A DNA stretch of 64,000 nucleotides from Catonella sp. (GTDB lineage Bacteria > Bacillota > Clostridia > Lachnospirales > Lachnospiraceae), in contig NZ_JBQNBU010000001.1 of the NCBI RefSeq assembly GCF_052169795.1, positions 6,477-70,476 of the forward strand. Reading direction: 5' to 3'. Made by a program: the position numbers and the translations under genes. Shown piece by piece: positions 48,752 through 59,746 of this stretch (positions are counted from its first letter, which is position 1; the number at the start of each line of letters is the position of its first letter). The notes beneath the pieces were generated by a model, which did no database searches, was not told the origin of the DNA, and saw only the letters and a program-made list of their open reading frames with translations.

Positions 48752-48928
48752 ATGAAGAGATTAGTAAAAAGTTCTGATAGAAGATTATTAGGCGTATGTG
48801 GTGGAATTGCAGATTATTTTGATTTAGATCCGAATATTATAAGACTTCTCTGGGTGATTTTTTCTTTACTTGGTGGAAGCGGAGTTTTAGCCTATATCAT
48901 CGCAGCATTAATAATGCCAAGCAAGTAA
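48752..48928 (+). CDS. PspC domain-containing protein
   Basis: KRLVKSSDRRLLGVCGGIADYF..DPNIIRL...LAYIIAALIMP; promoter TTGAAA-17-TAAAAT at 48691-48719. Confidence 0.9.
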   Translation: MKRLVKSSDRRLLGVCGGIADYFDLDPNIIRLLWVIFSLLGGSGVLAYIIAALIMPSK

Positions 48929-48954
48929 GATTTAATTAAGGAGACATAAGAAAA

Positions 48955-50052
48955 ATGAAATTAGGAATCGTAGGTCTACCAAATGTAGGCAAAAGTACAT
49001 TATTCAACTCATTAACCAAGGCAGGAGCAGAGTCAGCCAACTATCCTTTCTGTACCATTGATCCAAATGTAGGAGTGGTTGCAGTACCTGATGAACGCCT
49101 AAATGTGCTGGGCAAGATGCATAATTCAGGCAGAATAGTGCCGGCGGCTATTGAATTTGTGGATATAGCAGGGCTTGTGAAAGGAGCATCCAAGGGAGAA
49201 GGCCTTGGCAACCAGTTCCTTGCGAATATAAGAGAAGTGGATGCTATAGTACATGTTGTAAGATGCTTTGAAGATACCAATATTATCCATGTAGAAGGCT
49301 CTATTTCTCCTGCAAGAGATATAGAAACTATCAATCTTGAACTCATATTTGCTGATATAGAAGTGCTCGAAAGAAGAAAAAGCAGGGTAGCTAAGTCTGT
49401 AAGTGCAGACAAGATATACAAAAAAGAACTTGACATGATAGTAAGACTGATGGCATTTCTTGAAGCCGGCAATCTTGCAAAGGCTTTTGAAAGAGAAGAT
49501 GAGGACGAGGAAAAGTTCTTTGCTGAATATAATCTTCTTACAGCAAAGCCTGTCATTTATGCAGCAAATGTAAAGGATGATGACTTAGCTGATGACGGTG
49601 CAAACAATCAGTATGTAAAAGAAGTAAGAGATATAGCCGTAAAAGAAGGCTCAGAGGTATTTGTAGTATGTGCACAGATAGAACAGGAAATATCCGAGCT
49701 TGATGATGAAGATAAAAAGAGCTTTTTAGAGGATTTAGGTCTTTCTGAGTCAGGACTTGAGAAGCTTATAAAAGCCAGCTATAAGCTGCTTGGACTTATA
49801 AGCTACATTACGGCTGGAGAGATGGAAACAAAGGCTTGGACTATAACAGCCGGTACTAAGGCTCCTCAGGCTGCCGGAAAGATTCATACGGATTTTGAGC
49901 GTGGATTCATCAGAGCAGAGGTGGTAAGCTACGATAATCTTATAGCTTGTGGAAGTATGGCTGCAGCTAAAGAAAAAGGACTTGTAAGAAGTGAAGGCAA
50001 GGAATATGTTATGAATGACGGAGACATAGTTCTTTTCCGCTTTAATGTATAA
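48955..50052 (+). CDS. ychF: Redox-regulated ATPase YchF
   Basis: GIVGLPNVGKST, ANYPFCTIDPN, DIAGLVKGASKGEGLGN, IHTDFERGFIRAE. Confidence 0.97.
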   Translation: MKLGIVGLPNVGKSTLFNSLTKAGAESANYPFCTIDPNVGVVAVPDERLNVLGKMHNSGRIVPAAIEFVDIAGLVKGASKGEGLGNQFLANIREVDAIVHVVRCFEDTNIIHVEGSISPARDIETINLELIFADIEVLERRKSRVAKSVSADKIYKKELDMIVRLMAFLEAGNLAKAFEREDEDEEKFFAEYNLLTAKPVIYAANVKDDDLADDGANNQYVKEVRDIAVKEGSEVFVVCAQIEQEISELDDEDKKSFLEDLGLSESGLEKLIKASYKLLGLISYITAGEMETKAWTITAGTKAPQAAGKIHTDFERGFIRAEVVSYDNLIACGSMAAAKEKGLVRSEGKEYVMNDGDIVLFRFNV

Positions 50053-50063
50053 GGAGAGAGCCT

Positions 50064-50951
50064 ATGTTTGCTTTAGATGCGATTTCTTTTCCAAACCTTG
50101 GGATAATGATTGAAAATCTTCCAAAGAGCATATCTGTATTCGGAAGATTTGACATAGCATTTTATGGAATAATAATAGGTATAGGTATAGCTATGGGTTA
50201 TATTGTTGCAAGCTTTCAGGCAATAAGAACCGGTCAGGATAAGGAGATGTACCTTGATTTTGCTATGTATGCAGTAATTATATCCATAATTGGTGCGAGA
50301 ATATACTATGTAGTATTTTCATGGGATGATTATAAGGATGATATTGTTCAGATATTTAACCTTAGGGCAGGCGGACTTGCTATTTATGGTGGAGTAATAG
50401 GAGGCATAGTTTCAGGCTTTGTGTATTCCAAAATAAAAAAGATTAAGTTTACATTGCTTGCAGATACGGCTTGTGCCGGACTTCTTACAGGACAGATAAT
50501 AGGACGGTGGGGGAATTTTTTTAATAGAGAAGCTTTCGGAGATTATACTGACAGCTTACTTGCGATGCGTCTTTCTACCTACGATGTCAATCAAAATGCA
50601 ATAACAAGAAAAATGCTTGAAATGGCTGAAGAAGGTGGATATGTGGGGTTTATACAGGTTCATCCTACTTTTTTGTATGAATCCGCTTGGAACTTATGTC
50701 TTCTTGTAATAATTCTTTTATACACTAGATATAAGAAATTTGATGGAGAAATATTCCTTATTTATATGGGGGGCTATGGACTTGGCAGAGCTATTATAGA
50801 AGGACTTAGGACGGATCAGCTCACAATAGGCAGTTCGGGAATAGCCGTATCTCAGGTACTTGCACTGTTTTTGTTTACCGCATGTACATTAATAATCTTA
50901 TACAACAGGATTTTGTTAAAAAAAAATAAAAAAAAAATAAATATTATTTGA
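50064..50951 (+). CDS. lgt: Prolipoprotein diacylglyceryl transferase
   Basis: GARIYYV, GGLAIYGG, GQIIGRWGNFFNREA, HPTFLYE, EGLRTD. Confidence 0.95.
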   Translation: MFALDAISFPNLGIMIENLPKSISVFGRFDIAFYGIIIGIGIAMGYIVASFQAIRTGQDKEMYLDFAMYAVIISIIGARIYYVVFSWDDYKDDIVQIFNLRAGGLAIYGGVIGGIVSGFVYSKIKKIKFTLLADTACAGLLTGQIIGRWGNFFNREAFGDYTDSLLAMRLSTYDVNQNAITRKMLEMAEEGGYVGFIQVHPTFLYESAWNLCLLVIILLYTRYKKFDGEIFLIYMGGYGLGRAIIEGLRTDQLTIGSSGIAVSQVLALFLFTACTLIILYNRILLKKNKKKINII

Positions 50952-50953
50952 TA

Positions 50954-51004
50954 AGAAAAAGTCTTCAAAACCTAATAAAATCAATGGTTTGAAGACTTTT
51001 TTCT
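50954..51004. terminator. Terminator-like inverted repeat after lgt
   Basis: AAAAAGTCTTCAAA...TTTGAAGACTTTTT. Confidence 0.7.
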
Positions 51005-51037
51005 ATTTAAAAATTGGATAACAGAACATGTGTATTG

Positions 51038-51129
51038 TTGAAAAAAGTTTTAATTTATAATAAAATATTGGAAAAAGTGGAGTAAAGTGGTTTGAATTTC
51101 ACATAAAGTGGTTTAAAAGGGAAAGGTGG
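51038..51129 (+). promoter_or_regulatory. dcw promoter with MraZ-binding direct repeats
   Basis: TTGAAA-17-TAAAAT (51038-51066); AAAGTGG at 51074, 51084 and 51105 plus degenerate copies, with ~10-bp periodicity as known for MraZ boxes. Confidence 0.75.
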
Positions 51130-51136
51130 TGTTCTT

Positions 51137-51571
51137 ATGTTTACCGGTTCGTATGAGCATGTAGTAGATAATAAGGGCAGATTAATCATCCCTTCTAAAT
51201 TTAGAGAGGAGCTTGGAGAGAAGTTCATTATTACTTTTGGACTTGACGGCTGTCTCTATATTTATCCTATGGAAAAATGGGAAAGCTTTCTGGAACAGTT
51301 GTATAATCTGCCGAGTGGCAAGAAAAGCAGGGAGTTGCAGAGATATTTTTTGGCAGCAGCTGTAGAAAGTGAAATAGATAAACAGGGAAGAACCCTAATT
51401 CCGGCAATGCTCAGGGAGAGAGCAAATATTGATAAAAATATAGTGATAGTTGGAATGATGGGAAAAATAGAACTGTGGGACAAAGAACTCTGGGATAAGA
51501 ATAATGCGGAGTTTGGAGAGATTGATGAGATAGCCGAGCAGATGGCAGAATTCAATTTAAATTTTATGTGA
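51137..51571 (+). CDS. mraZ: Division/cell wall cluster transcriptional repressor MraZ
   Basis: MFTGSYEHVVDNKGRLIIPSKFR, DKQGR..IP, IELW. Confidence 0.96.
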   Translation: MFTGSYEHVVDNKGRLIIPSKFREELGEKFIITFGLDGCLYIYPMEKWESFLEQLYNLPSGKKSRELQRYFLAAAVESEIDKQGRTLIPAMLRERANIDKNIVIVGMMGKIELWDKELWDKNNAEFGEIDEIAEQMAEFNLNFM

Positions 51572-51600
51572 CAGACTGATTGAAAGGAGGAATATGTTTC

Positions 51601-52563
51601 ATGGATGAGGAATTTAACTTTAAACATATTCCTATAATGCTTAATCAGGTTATAGACGGGCTTGATATAAAGCCGGACGGGACATATGTAGACGGTACTC
51701 TTGGGGGAGGCGGTCATTCTTATGAAATAGCAAAAAGGCTCACAGCCGGTGGCAGGCTTATAGGTATAGATCAGGATGAGGCGGCAATAAAGGCGGCAAC
51801 GGCGAGATTGTCAGAGTTTACTGACAGGGTTATAATAGTAAGAAGTAATTATGCTCAGATGGTTAGTGTTCTAGAGAGCATGGGAATAGGGCAGGTTGAC
51901 GGTATATTACTTGATTTAGGAGTTTCGTCCTACCAGCTGGATACAGCAGAGAGAGGATTTTCTTATATGGAGGATGCACCTCTTGATATGAGGATGGATA
52001 CGAGACAGGAAAAGACAGCAAAGGACATTGTTAATAATTATAGTCAGGCGGAACTTACCAAGATAATAAGGGATTATGGTGAAGATAAGTTTGCAGCCAA
52101 AATAGCTGCACAAATAGTAAAATTTAGAGAAACAAAGCCTATTGAAACTACAGGGGAACTTGCAGATATTATAAAATCAGCAATTCCCGTTAAGTTTAGG
52201 CTTACCGGAGGACATCCTGCTAAGCGTACTTTTCAGGCTATAAGGATAGAGCTTAACAGAGAACTGGGGGTATTGGAAGAGTCTATAGAAGGAATGATAG
52301 ACCTACTTTCAGATAAAGGAAGAATGGCGGTTATTACCTTTCATTCTTTGGAAGACAGGATAGTGAAATCTGCATTTAAAAAAGCAGAATCACCTTGTAC
52401 CTGTCCTCCTAATTTCCCTATATGCGTTTGTGGTAATAAGTCAAAAGGATTTGTAAATTCAAGAAAGCCGATAGTACCGGCTGATGAAGAGATGGAAAGG
52501 AATCCAAGATCCAAAAGTTCTAAGCTTAGAATTTTTGTCAGAAGGAGGGAAAACAATGAATGA
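51601..52563 (+). CDS. rsmH: 16S rRNA m4C1402 methyltransferase
   Basis: [53 protein letters not shown]. Confidence 0.96.
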   Translation: MDEEFNFKHIPIMLNQVIDGLDIKPDGTYVDGTLGGGGHSYEIAKRLTAGGRLIGIDQDEAAIKAATARLSEFTDRVIIVRSNYAQMVSVLESMGIGQVDGILLDLGVSSYQLDTAERGFSYMEDAPLDMRMDTRQEKTAKDIVNNYSQAELTKIIRDYGEDKFAAKIAAQIVKFRETKPIETTGELADIIKSAIPVKFRLTGGHPAKRTFQAIRIELNRELGVLEESIEGMIDLLSDKGRMAVITFHSLEDRIVKSAFKKAESPCTCPPNFPICVCGNKSKGFVNSRKPIVPADEEMERNPRSKSSKLRIFVRRRENNE

Positions 52564-53095
52564 AAGAAGAAATGTAAGAAGCAGGAATCTGACAAATGGT
52601 TCTATGGCTTTAAGTACAAGGAATTCAGCACTTCCAAAAAGAAGAGAACTTCCTGATAAACATCCGCAGAAAGTAAAGAAGAATAAACCTAAACATATAA
52701 AATATGCAGATTTAAAATATGCTCCGTCAATTGACTTTTTTAGTTTTATGGGTCTTATGGCGGCAGCGGTGATTCTTGTATTAGCTTGTGTAGGATATGT
52801 AAAGGTGTATAATGAAATAAAACAGACTGAGATTGAGACGAGAAATCTTAATACCGAGTTAAACAGTATTAAAATTGCTAATGATAATATTGAAAATACT
52901 TTATATAGCAATATAGACTTGGAAAATATAAGAAAGACAGCAATAGAAAAATATGGTATGGTATATCCTTATGAAAATCAGGTAATATTGTATAAGGGTG
53001 TGACTAACGGGTATGTAAGGCAGTATGGTGCTTTAAAAGGTAATGAAGATATCGGCATTATTGAAAGAATTTTAAGGCTGGTAAATGCGAGATAG
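52556..53095 (+). CDS. FtsL-like cell division protein
   Basis: Lies between rsmH and the PBP gene; single TM followed by a coiled coil and [14 protein letters not shown]. Confidence 0.7.
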   Translation: MNERRNVRSRNLTNGSMALSTRNSALPKRRELPDKHPQKVKKNKPKHIKYADLKYAPSIDFFSFMGLMAAAVILVLACVGYVKVYNEIKQTEIETRNLNTELNSIKIANDNIENTLYSNIDLENIRKTAIEKYGMVYPYENQVILYKGVTNGYVRQYGALKGNEDIGIIERILRLVNAR

Positions 53096-55037
53096 GAGAA
53101 AAATGTCGGAAAGAATTACTAATTCAAGTAGGGGCAGAAGAAGGAAAAAAAGACCAAGCTTAATTGCAATTATATTATATAAGTTTGTGAGGTTTATCGC
53201 AAGAGGAATTAAGTTTAAAACTAAAATAAGATTGACAGGTCTGGTTTTTGTGGGTGGTTTTATAGCTATAACAGCAGCTGTAATATCAGTAGCTTATGGT
53301 AATGGTGATAAATATAAAAGGAAATATCTCAAGCAGCAGACTTATAACAGTAATCCCATAATAGCTAAAAGAGGAGATATATTGGACAGGAGAGGGGTAG
53401 CACTTGCCAAGTCCGTTTTAGTATATAACCTTGTTTTAGAGCCTAAGATTATATTGGATAAAGAAAACCTGTACAGGGAATCTACTGTTAAGCTTATAAG
53501 TGATTCTTTTAATATAGCGGCTGAGGAGTTAAATAAGGTTATTTCGGACAATCCGTCTTCTATGTATCAGGTTATAAAAAAAGAGGTAACTTATGATGAG
53601 AAAGAAAAGTTTATTTCGGAAGTAAATAAATTTAATAAAAGAAATACTGATACAGAAAAGGAAGAAACTAAGAAAAACAGGGTAGTGGGATATAGTTTTG
53701 AGGGATACTATAAAAGAATTTATCCGTTAAATAATGTGGCAAGCAATATTGTCGGTTTTGCCTATTCGGGAAATTTTGCAGAATGGGGGCTTGAAGGTTA
53801 TTATAATACTAAGCTCAATGGCAAAAATGGAGTAAGGTATGGATATTTTAATGCCAATATGGAAATAGAGGAAACGGAAGTCGAGGTAAAAAATGGCTTG
53901 AATCTTGTGACCACAATAGATTCGGATGCACAAAAAATTACAGAAGATATAATAGCAGATTACCAAAAGAGAGAAGGGGCTAAGAATGTTGGAATCATTG
54001 TTATGAACCCTAACAATGGAGAAATCTATGTTATGGCCTCTGATAAAGGATATGATTTGAATAATCCAAGAGACTTAAGTCCTTATTTCACACAAAAAGA
54101 AATAGATGCTATGGATGACAATAAAAGAATTGAGGAACTTAGCAGGATATGGAAAAATTATTGTGTAAGTGATATATTCGAACCAGGCTCTACTTTTAAG
54201 CCGTTTACAGTGGCTGCCTGTTTGGAAAAGGATGTAATTACTAAAAAACAGACTTTTTTTTGTGATGGTTTTGAAAATGTAATGGATAGAAAGATACGCT
54301 GTGTTAAAAGGGATGGTCATGGACCGATAACACTGTCAGAAAGCCTTGAAAAATCCTGTAATGATGTGATGATGCAGATTGTAAGTAAACTTGGGAGGAA
54401 GGAGTTTGCCCGTTATCAGGAATTGTTTGGAATAGGCAGCAGGACAGGAATTGATTTTCCGGGAGAAACGGTAGGATTGGCTTATAAAGAAAATCAGTTA
54501 AATCCTGTAGAATTGGCAACCAGCAGTTTTGGTCAGGGAGTTTCTGTTACAATGATAGAAATGGTTGCAGGATTTTCTTCTGTTATAAATGGGGGTATTT
54601 ACTATAGACCTCATTTAGCAAAGGAATTTGTAAATGATGATGGAATAGCAGTGGAGAAGGTTGATTCAGTTATTATGAAGAAGACTGTTACAAAAGAAAC
54701 ATCGGAATTTATAAGAAAGGCATTGTATAAGACTGTTGAAGAGGGAACAGGATGGAGAGCAAAGTCGATAGGATACAAGTTGGCAGGTAAGACAGGAACT
54801 GCACAAAAACTGGATGTGGAAAATGGAAGGACTGTTAGATCGGAGACCAATTATGTACTATCATTTATTGGATGTGCTCCTTATGACAATCCACAGGCTG
54901 TAGTTTATGTGGTTGTGGATCAGCCGAATGTAGAAGATCAGGCTGCAAGCGGGGTGGCATCCGCTTTGGCAAGAGAGGTAACTGAAAAAGTGTTTAGGGT
55001 ACTTGGTATTTATCCTGAAAAATCTAAGGAGAAGTAG
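53085..55037 (+). CDS. Class B penicillin-binding protein (FtsI/PBP2B-like)
   Basis: KRGDILDR, EPGSTFK (SxxK), SCN (SxN), GKTGTAQK. Confidence 0.93.
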   Translation: MRDRRKMSERITNSSRGRRRKKRPSLIAIILYKFVRFIARGIKFKTKIRLTGLVFVGGFIAITAAVISVAYGNGDKYKRKYLKQQTYNSNPIIAKRGDILDRRGVALAKSVLVYNLVLEPKIILDKENLYRESTVKLISDSFNIAAEELNKVISDNPSSMYQVIKKEVTYDEKEKFISEVNKFNKRNTDTEKEETKKNRVVGYSFEGYYKRIYPLNNVASNIVGFAYSGNFAEWGLEGYYNTKLNGKNGVRYGYFNANMEIEETEVEVKNGLNLVTTIDSDAQKITEDIIADYQKREGAKNVGIIVMNPNNGEIYVMASDKGYDLNNPRDLSPYFTQKEIDAMDDNKRIEELSRIWKNYCVSDIFEPGSTFKPFTVAACLEKDVITKKQTFFCDGFENVMDRKIRCVKRDGHGPITLSESLEKSCNDVMMQIVSKLGRKEFARYQELFGIGSRTGIDFPGETVGLAYKENQLNPVELATSSFGQGVSVTMIEMVAGFSSVINGGIYYRPHLAKEFVNDDGIAVEKVDSVIMKKTVTKETSEFIRKALYKTVEEGTGWRAKSIGYKLAGKTGTAQKLDVENGRTVRSETNYVLSFIGCAPYDNPQAVVYVVVDQPNVEDQAASGVASALAREVTEKVFRVLGIYPEKSKEK

Positions 55038-55040
55038 AAA

Positions 55041-56003
55041 ATGTTTTCGTTAAATATATTTTTACCTGCATTTATTTCATTTGTGCTTACTGTGATTTTA
55101 TGCCCGATTTTTATCCCTATACTTCATAAAATGAAGTTTGGTCAGTTTGTAAGGGAAGAAGGACCGGAGAGTCATCTTAAAAAAGTGGGAACACCTACTA
55201 TGGGTGGGATAGTAATGCTTGCAGTATTTACTTTAGTTGGTATTGTCTGTGCAACCCATAAGACGGAATTATTTCCTGTTATTTTATTAACCGTGGGATT
55301 TGGATTTATTGGATTTTTGGATGATTATATTAAACTTGCGATGAAGCGCTCATTAGGACTTATGGCATGGCAGAAGTTAGGACTTCAAATTATAGTGACA
55401 GTGGTTTTTGCCTATATGATTCTTAGCAATTATCCTGACCTTGCCAAGATTATAGTACCATTTACAGGTGGTAGTGTTGTGTGGAATTTGGGAATTTTAT
55501 TTGTGCCTTTTGTATTTGTTACAGTCTTAGGTACGGTAAACGGTGCAAATTTTACAGATGGCTTGGATGGGCTTGCGACAACAGTTACACTTATAATTGC
55601 AATGTTTTTTGCGGTACTTTCTATAAAAGCAGGCTCAAATGTTTCTGATACTGCTATGATAATGATAGGTACTTTACTTGGTTTTTTGATATTTAATACA
55701 TATCCTGCAAAGGTTTTTATGGGAGATACAGGTTCACTTGCACTGGGAGGCTTTGTAGCAGCAGAGGCATTTATGCTTAAAATTCCGTTGTTTATAATCA
55801 TAATAGCCTTTATATATCTTGCTGAAATATTATCAGTAATGATTCAGGTAAGTTATTTTAAGCTGACACATGGTAAAAGGATATTTAAAATGTCACCTAT
55901 CCATCATCATTTTGAACTTTCCGGTTTTGAAGAGACAAGGGTGGTAGCAATGTTTGCGGTTATAACTGTAATAATGTGTTTCATAGGATTTATTGCATTA
56001 TGA
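55041..56003 (+). CDS. mraY: Phospho-N-acetylmuramoyl-pentapeptide transferase
   Basis: GTPTMGG, GFLDDY, NFTDGLDGL, FMGDTGS, PIHHHFE. Confidence 0.96.
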   Translation: MFSLNIFLPAFISFVLTVILCPIFIPILHKMKFGQFVREEGPESHLKKVGTPTMGGIVMLAVFTLVGIVCATHKTELFPVILLTVGFGFIGFLDDYIKLAMKRSLGLMAWQKLGLQIIVTVVFAYMILSNYPDLAKIIVPFTGGSVVWNLGILFVPFVFVTVLGTVNGANFTDGLDGLATTVTLIIAMFFAVLSIKAGSNVSDTAMIMIGTLLGFLIFNTYPAKVFMGDTGSLALGGFVAAEAFMLKIPLFIIIIAFIYLAEILSVMIQVSYFKLTHGKRIFKMSPIHHHFELSGFEETRVVAMFAVITVIMCFIGFIAL

Positions 56004-57214
56004 ATAAAAAAAGTAAAAATAAGAAAAATACTGTATTCAGATATTATGACTGGAATATTGTCTATATTGTTCTTTTTGCCTGTGCTATAGGTCTTATTAT
56101 TATCTATAGTGCAAGTACATATATTGCCAAAAGCAAGAATTTGGAATCAATATATTTTTTTAAGAGGCAGCTTATGACAATAGGAGCCGGTCTGTTTTTG
56201 ATGCTTTGTTTTTCGTTAAGAAATTATAAGAGACTTTTGAAAAGCCGCAAGATTCGTCTTCCTAAGTTCATTAGGAATGCTGTAAATAAAGAGTATTTTG
56301 TATTATCCAAACCGGGTATGCTCTTGTTTTTAATGACACTGTTACAGGCATATACCAGTTTTTTTACACCGATTAATAATGGTGCGAGGAGATGGCTTGA
56401 AGTGGAAGGAATTAGATTTCAGCCGTCTGAACTTGCAAAATTTGTTGTCATAATATTTGGGGCATATACCTGTTCAAAAGTTTCAAGAGAGAAAGTTAAT
56501 GCCGGTAAATTGTTATCTGATATATTAGCGGTACTTCCACTTGTTGTTTTCATTTCGTTAGAAAATCTAAGTGCAGGCATAATAGTGGCGGGCATATATG
56601 GATTGATACTGTTTACTAATTCTAGAAGGATAGTTCCTTATATTTTATTAGGTGTGCTTGCAGTGGTATCGGCTTACTTATATGTAACTTTTACCGGTGG
56701 ATATAGAAGCAGCCGTCTTGAAATATGGGAAAATATTGAAACCAGTGAAAAAGGTCAGCAGATATTACAGGGACTTTATGCAATTGCTTCGGGAGGTTTA
56801 TTTGGAAAAGGTCCGGGAGGAAGTGAGCAGAAGTATGGAAGAGTTCCGGAAGCTTATAATGACATGATATTCACCATTATTTGTGAGGAATTTGGAATTT
56901 TTGGGGGCATTGCTATTATAATTATTTTTATGCTCCTGCTTTATAGAATGTGGATTGTAATAATGAATGCCAGAGACAGGTTTGGAGCTTTGTTAGGAAT
57001 TGGGATAATGTCACAGATAGGAGTACAGGTGATTCTGAATGTGCTTGTTGTTACAAATATAATACCATCTACAGGTGTTATACTTCCGTTTATAAGTTTT
57101 GGAGGAAGCAGTATGGTGTTTCTGTTAGCAGAAATAGGTATTTTTTTGAATATATCATTGCAGATAAAATACATTAATAGGCTTAATGCAAGAAAAGCTT
57201 TGCAAAAACCTTGA
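56000..57214 (+). CDS. ftsW: SEDS family protein FtsW
   Basis: IYSAS, NGARRW, FQPSELAK, PEAYNDMIF..ICEEFG, PSTGVILPFISFGGSS. Confidence 0.88.
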   Translation: MNKKSKNKKNTVFRYYDWNIVYIVLFACAIGLIIIYSASTYIAKSKNLESIYFFKRQLMTIGAGLFLMLCFSLRNYKRLLKSRKIRLPKFIRNAVNKEYFVLSKPGMLLFLMTLLQAYTSFFTPINNGARRWLEVEGIRFQPSELAKFVVIIFGAYTCSKVSREKVNAGKLLSDILAVLPLVVFISLENLSAGIIVAGIYGLILFTNSRRIVPYILLGVLAVVSAYLYVTFTGGYRSSRLEIWENIETSEKGQQILQGLYAIASGGLFGKGPGGSEQKYGRVPEAYNDMIFTIICEEFGIFGGIAIIIIFMLLLYRMWIVIMNARDRFGALLGIGIMSQIGVQVILNVLVVTNIIPSTGVILPFISFGGSSMVFLLAEIGIFLNISLQIKYINRLNARKALQKP

Positions 57215-57234
57215 AACTGTAATTGGGAGAATAT

Positions 57235-57948
57235 ATGCGTAAGAAAATTAAAATAGTAATTTTTATGATTGTTGTCCTTATAATAATAGCTGTTGGAGTT
57301 GTTATGGTTTCTAAACTTGAGGAGGTGAGTGTAAAGGGGAATACTTATTATACGGATGATAAGATTAAAAAAGAATTAAAAAAATATTATGTTGGGGGTA
57401 ATACTATACTTACATATCTGAGGCTCAAGTATGGTGAAGAGATTAGAATTCCGTTTGTCGATGAAATTGAAGTAGATTTGGAGGGATTCCATAACTTGAC
57501 AGTTGCCATTACAGAAAAAGAAGTTGTAGGCTGTCTCCCATACATGGGGGAGTTTATCTGTTTTGACAAAGATGGGATTATGGTTGGAAGTATCACACAA
57601 AAGAGAGAAAATGTTCCAATTGTAAAGGGGATAGATTATGATGAAGCAGTATTTAACAAACCTATATCTACCAAGAATACTGAAGTTTTTGACTTAACTC
57701 TCAATCTGACACAGTTGATAAAAAAATATAATTTGACTGTGGACAAAATTGAATTTGAAAAAAATATGGCAGTAAGGCTATATTATAAAGATATTAAGAT
57801 TATACTTGGTAAAAAGAAACATTTTGATACTGAAATTTCAAATTTAGCAGAGTTATTGCCGAAAACAAAGGGAATGAAAGGGACTTTGCATATGGAGGAT
57901 TTTTCAGAAACCAGACAAAGAGTAATTTTTGAAGCAGATAAATTATGA
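57235..57948 (+). CDS. Cell division protein FtsQ/DivIB-like
   Basis: N-terminal TM, VSVKGN POTRA start, GTLHM C-terminus; lies directly before ftsZ. Confidence 0.8.
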   Translation: MRKKIKIVIFMIVVLIIIAVGVVMVSKLEEVSVKGNTYYTDDKIKKELKKYYVGGNTILTYLRLKYGEEIRIPFVDEIEVDLEGFHNLTVAITEKEVVGCLPYMGEFICFDKDGIMVGSITQKRENVPIVKGIDYDEAVFNKPISTKNTEVFDLTLNLTQLIKKYNLTVDKIEFEKNMAVRLYYKDIKIILGKKKHFDTEISNLAELLPKTKGMKGTLHMEDFSETRQRVIFEADKL

Positions 57949-58099
57949 AAAGTTATAAAAAGAACTTGATTATTTTAGATATAATGTTATATTATTGAAT
58001 GGGAAAATTTATTGTAATGGTTACAGGGAGATTTTGTGTCATACAATCAAATGTGTTAGACTAATATCAGATGTAACAAATTCGTAGGAGGAAAAGATT

Positions 58100-59260
58100 T
58101 TGTTAGAGATAAAAGGTGAAAATCAGAGGGAATCAGGTGCTTGTAAAATAATAGTAGTGGGAGTTGGCGGCGCCGGAAACAATGCAGTTGACAGGATGAT
58201 TAGTGACGGAGTTTCAGGAGTTGAATTCATCTGTATTAATACAGACAACCAACAACTTTTATCTTGTAAAGCACCGACCTGCATAAGGATTGGCGAGAAG
58301 CTTACTAAAGGTCTTGGTGCCGGAGCTAAGCCTGAGGTGGGTGAAAAGGCTGCTGAAGAGAATAGAGAAGACATTGCTGCGGCACTTAAGGGTGTTGAAA
58401 TGATCTTTGTTACTTGTGGAATGGGTGGAGGAACAGGAACAGGTGCAGCACCGGTAGTGGCTGAAATTGCCAGAGAAATGGGAATCCTCACAGTAGGTGT
58501 TGTTACAATGCCGTTTAATTTTGAAGGCTCCAGAAGGGCTAAGAATGCAGAAGGCGGTATAGCCAAGATGAGCGAGGTCGTAGATACCTTAATCGTTATA
58601 AAGAATGAAAAGCTGCTTGAGATTATGGACAGGAGAACTACTCAGCCTGAAGCTTTTGCAAAAGCAGATGAGGTATTAAGGCAGGGAGTACAGGGTATTA
58701 CGGATATTATCTATAATAAGCTGGATGTAAACCTTGACTTTGCGGATTTAAGCACTGTTATGAAGGATAAGGGACTTGCGCATATAGGAATAGGAGTAGG
58801 TACAGGTGACAGTCGTTGTATTGATGCTGTGAAGATTGCCGCTGAAAGTCCTCTTCTTGATATAAGCATTGAAGGTGCGACAGACTTGCTTATTAACTTC
58901 TACGGAGATGTTACAATGTATGATGTCAATGATGCTTCTGATTATGTCAGGGAAATGATTGGAATGGATAATGACATCAATCTTATTTTCGGATCAAAAT
59001 ATGATGCTGAATGCAAAGATCAGGTTACGGTTACTGTAATTGCAACAGGTTTAAATAATAATGGAAAGCCGGCAGTGACAGAGCCTTCAAGAAGAACTTT
59101 GCAGTCCAGACTTGGTGCAGGAAGAAGTTCGGCTGCTTCATTGTCAAGGCAGAATATAAGGACATCTGCAGACAAGAGTGAGCAGAAAGAAAAGAATGAT
59201 AATGATACAGGTAATACAGAAATAGAGATTCCGGAATTTCTTTTTAAGAGAAAAAAATAA
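58100..59260 (+). CDS. ftsZ: Cell division protein FtsZ
   Basis: [27 protein letters not shown]-terminal IEIPEFL; TTG start follows AGGAGG. Confidence 0.97.
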   Translation: MLEIKGENQRESGACKIIVVGVGGAGNNAVDRMISDGVSGVEFICINTDNQQLLSCKAPTCIRIGEKLTKGLGAGAKPEVGEKAAEENREDIAAALKGVEMIFVTCGMGGGTGTGAAPVVAEIAREMGILTVGVVTMPFNFEGSRRAKNAEGGIAKMSEVVDTLIVIKNEKLLEIMDRRTTQPEAFAKADEVLRQGVQGITDIIYNKLDVNLDFADLSTVMKDKGLAHIGIGVGTGDSRCIDAVKIAAESPLLDISIEGATDLLINFYGDVTMYDVNDASDYVREMIGMDNDINLIFGSKYDAECKDQVTVTVIATGLNNNGKPAVTEPSRRTLQSRLGAGRSSAASLSRQNIRTSADKSEQKEKNDNDTGNTEIEIPEFLFKRKK

Positions 59261-59280
59261 TCCTTGCTTGGAGGTAAGGG

Positions 59281-59736
59281 ATGAAGTGTCCATTTTGTGG
59301 TAATGAAGATACTAAAGTGATAGATTCAAGGCCTTCAGATGATAATTCGGCTATAAGGAGAAGGAGAAATTGTGAAAGTTGTAATAAGAGATTTACAACT
59401 TATGAAAAAGTAGAGACTCTGCCTTTAGCTGTAATAAAAAAAGATTTGACGAGGGAAAATTATGACCGTTCTAAACTTGAATCAGGAGTAGTAAGATCTT
59501 GTCATAAGAGGCCGGTGTCGGTTGAAAAGATTAATTCCTGTGTAGAAGATATAGAAAATACTATATTTAATAAAGGAGTTAAGGAGATTTCAAGTTCTGA
59601 AATAGGTGAAATAGTTATGGAGAGACTGAAGGAGTTGGATCAGGTTGCCTATGTGAGGTTTGCATCTGTTTACAGGGAATTTAAGGATGTAAACACATTT
59701 AAAAGTGAATTAGAAAAGTTATTGATAAAGGAGTGA
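59281..59736 (+). CDS. nrdR: Transcriptional repressor NrdR
   Basis: MKCPFCG..DTKVIDSR, RRRRNC..C.KRFTTYE, AYVRFASVYREF. Confidence 0.97.
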   Translation: MKCPFCGNEDTKVIDSRPSDDNSAIRRRRNCESCNKRFTTYEKVETLPLAVIKKDLTRENYDRSKLESGVVRSCHKRPVSVEKINSCVEDIENTIFNKGVKEISSSEIGEIVMERLKELDQVAYVRFASVYREFKDVNTFKSELEKLLIKE

Positions 59737-59746
59737 TTATTCACAG

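Noticed and set aside
50918..50937. A9-T-A10 tract in lgt as a phase-variation site
   Set aside because: It lies in the last few codons (basic tail), so slippage would not affect the enzyme core.
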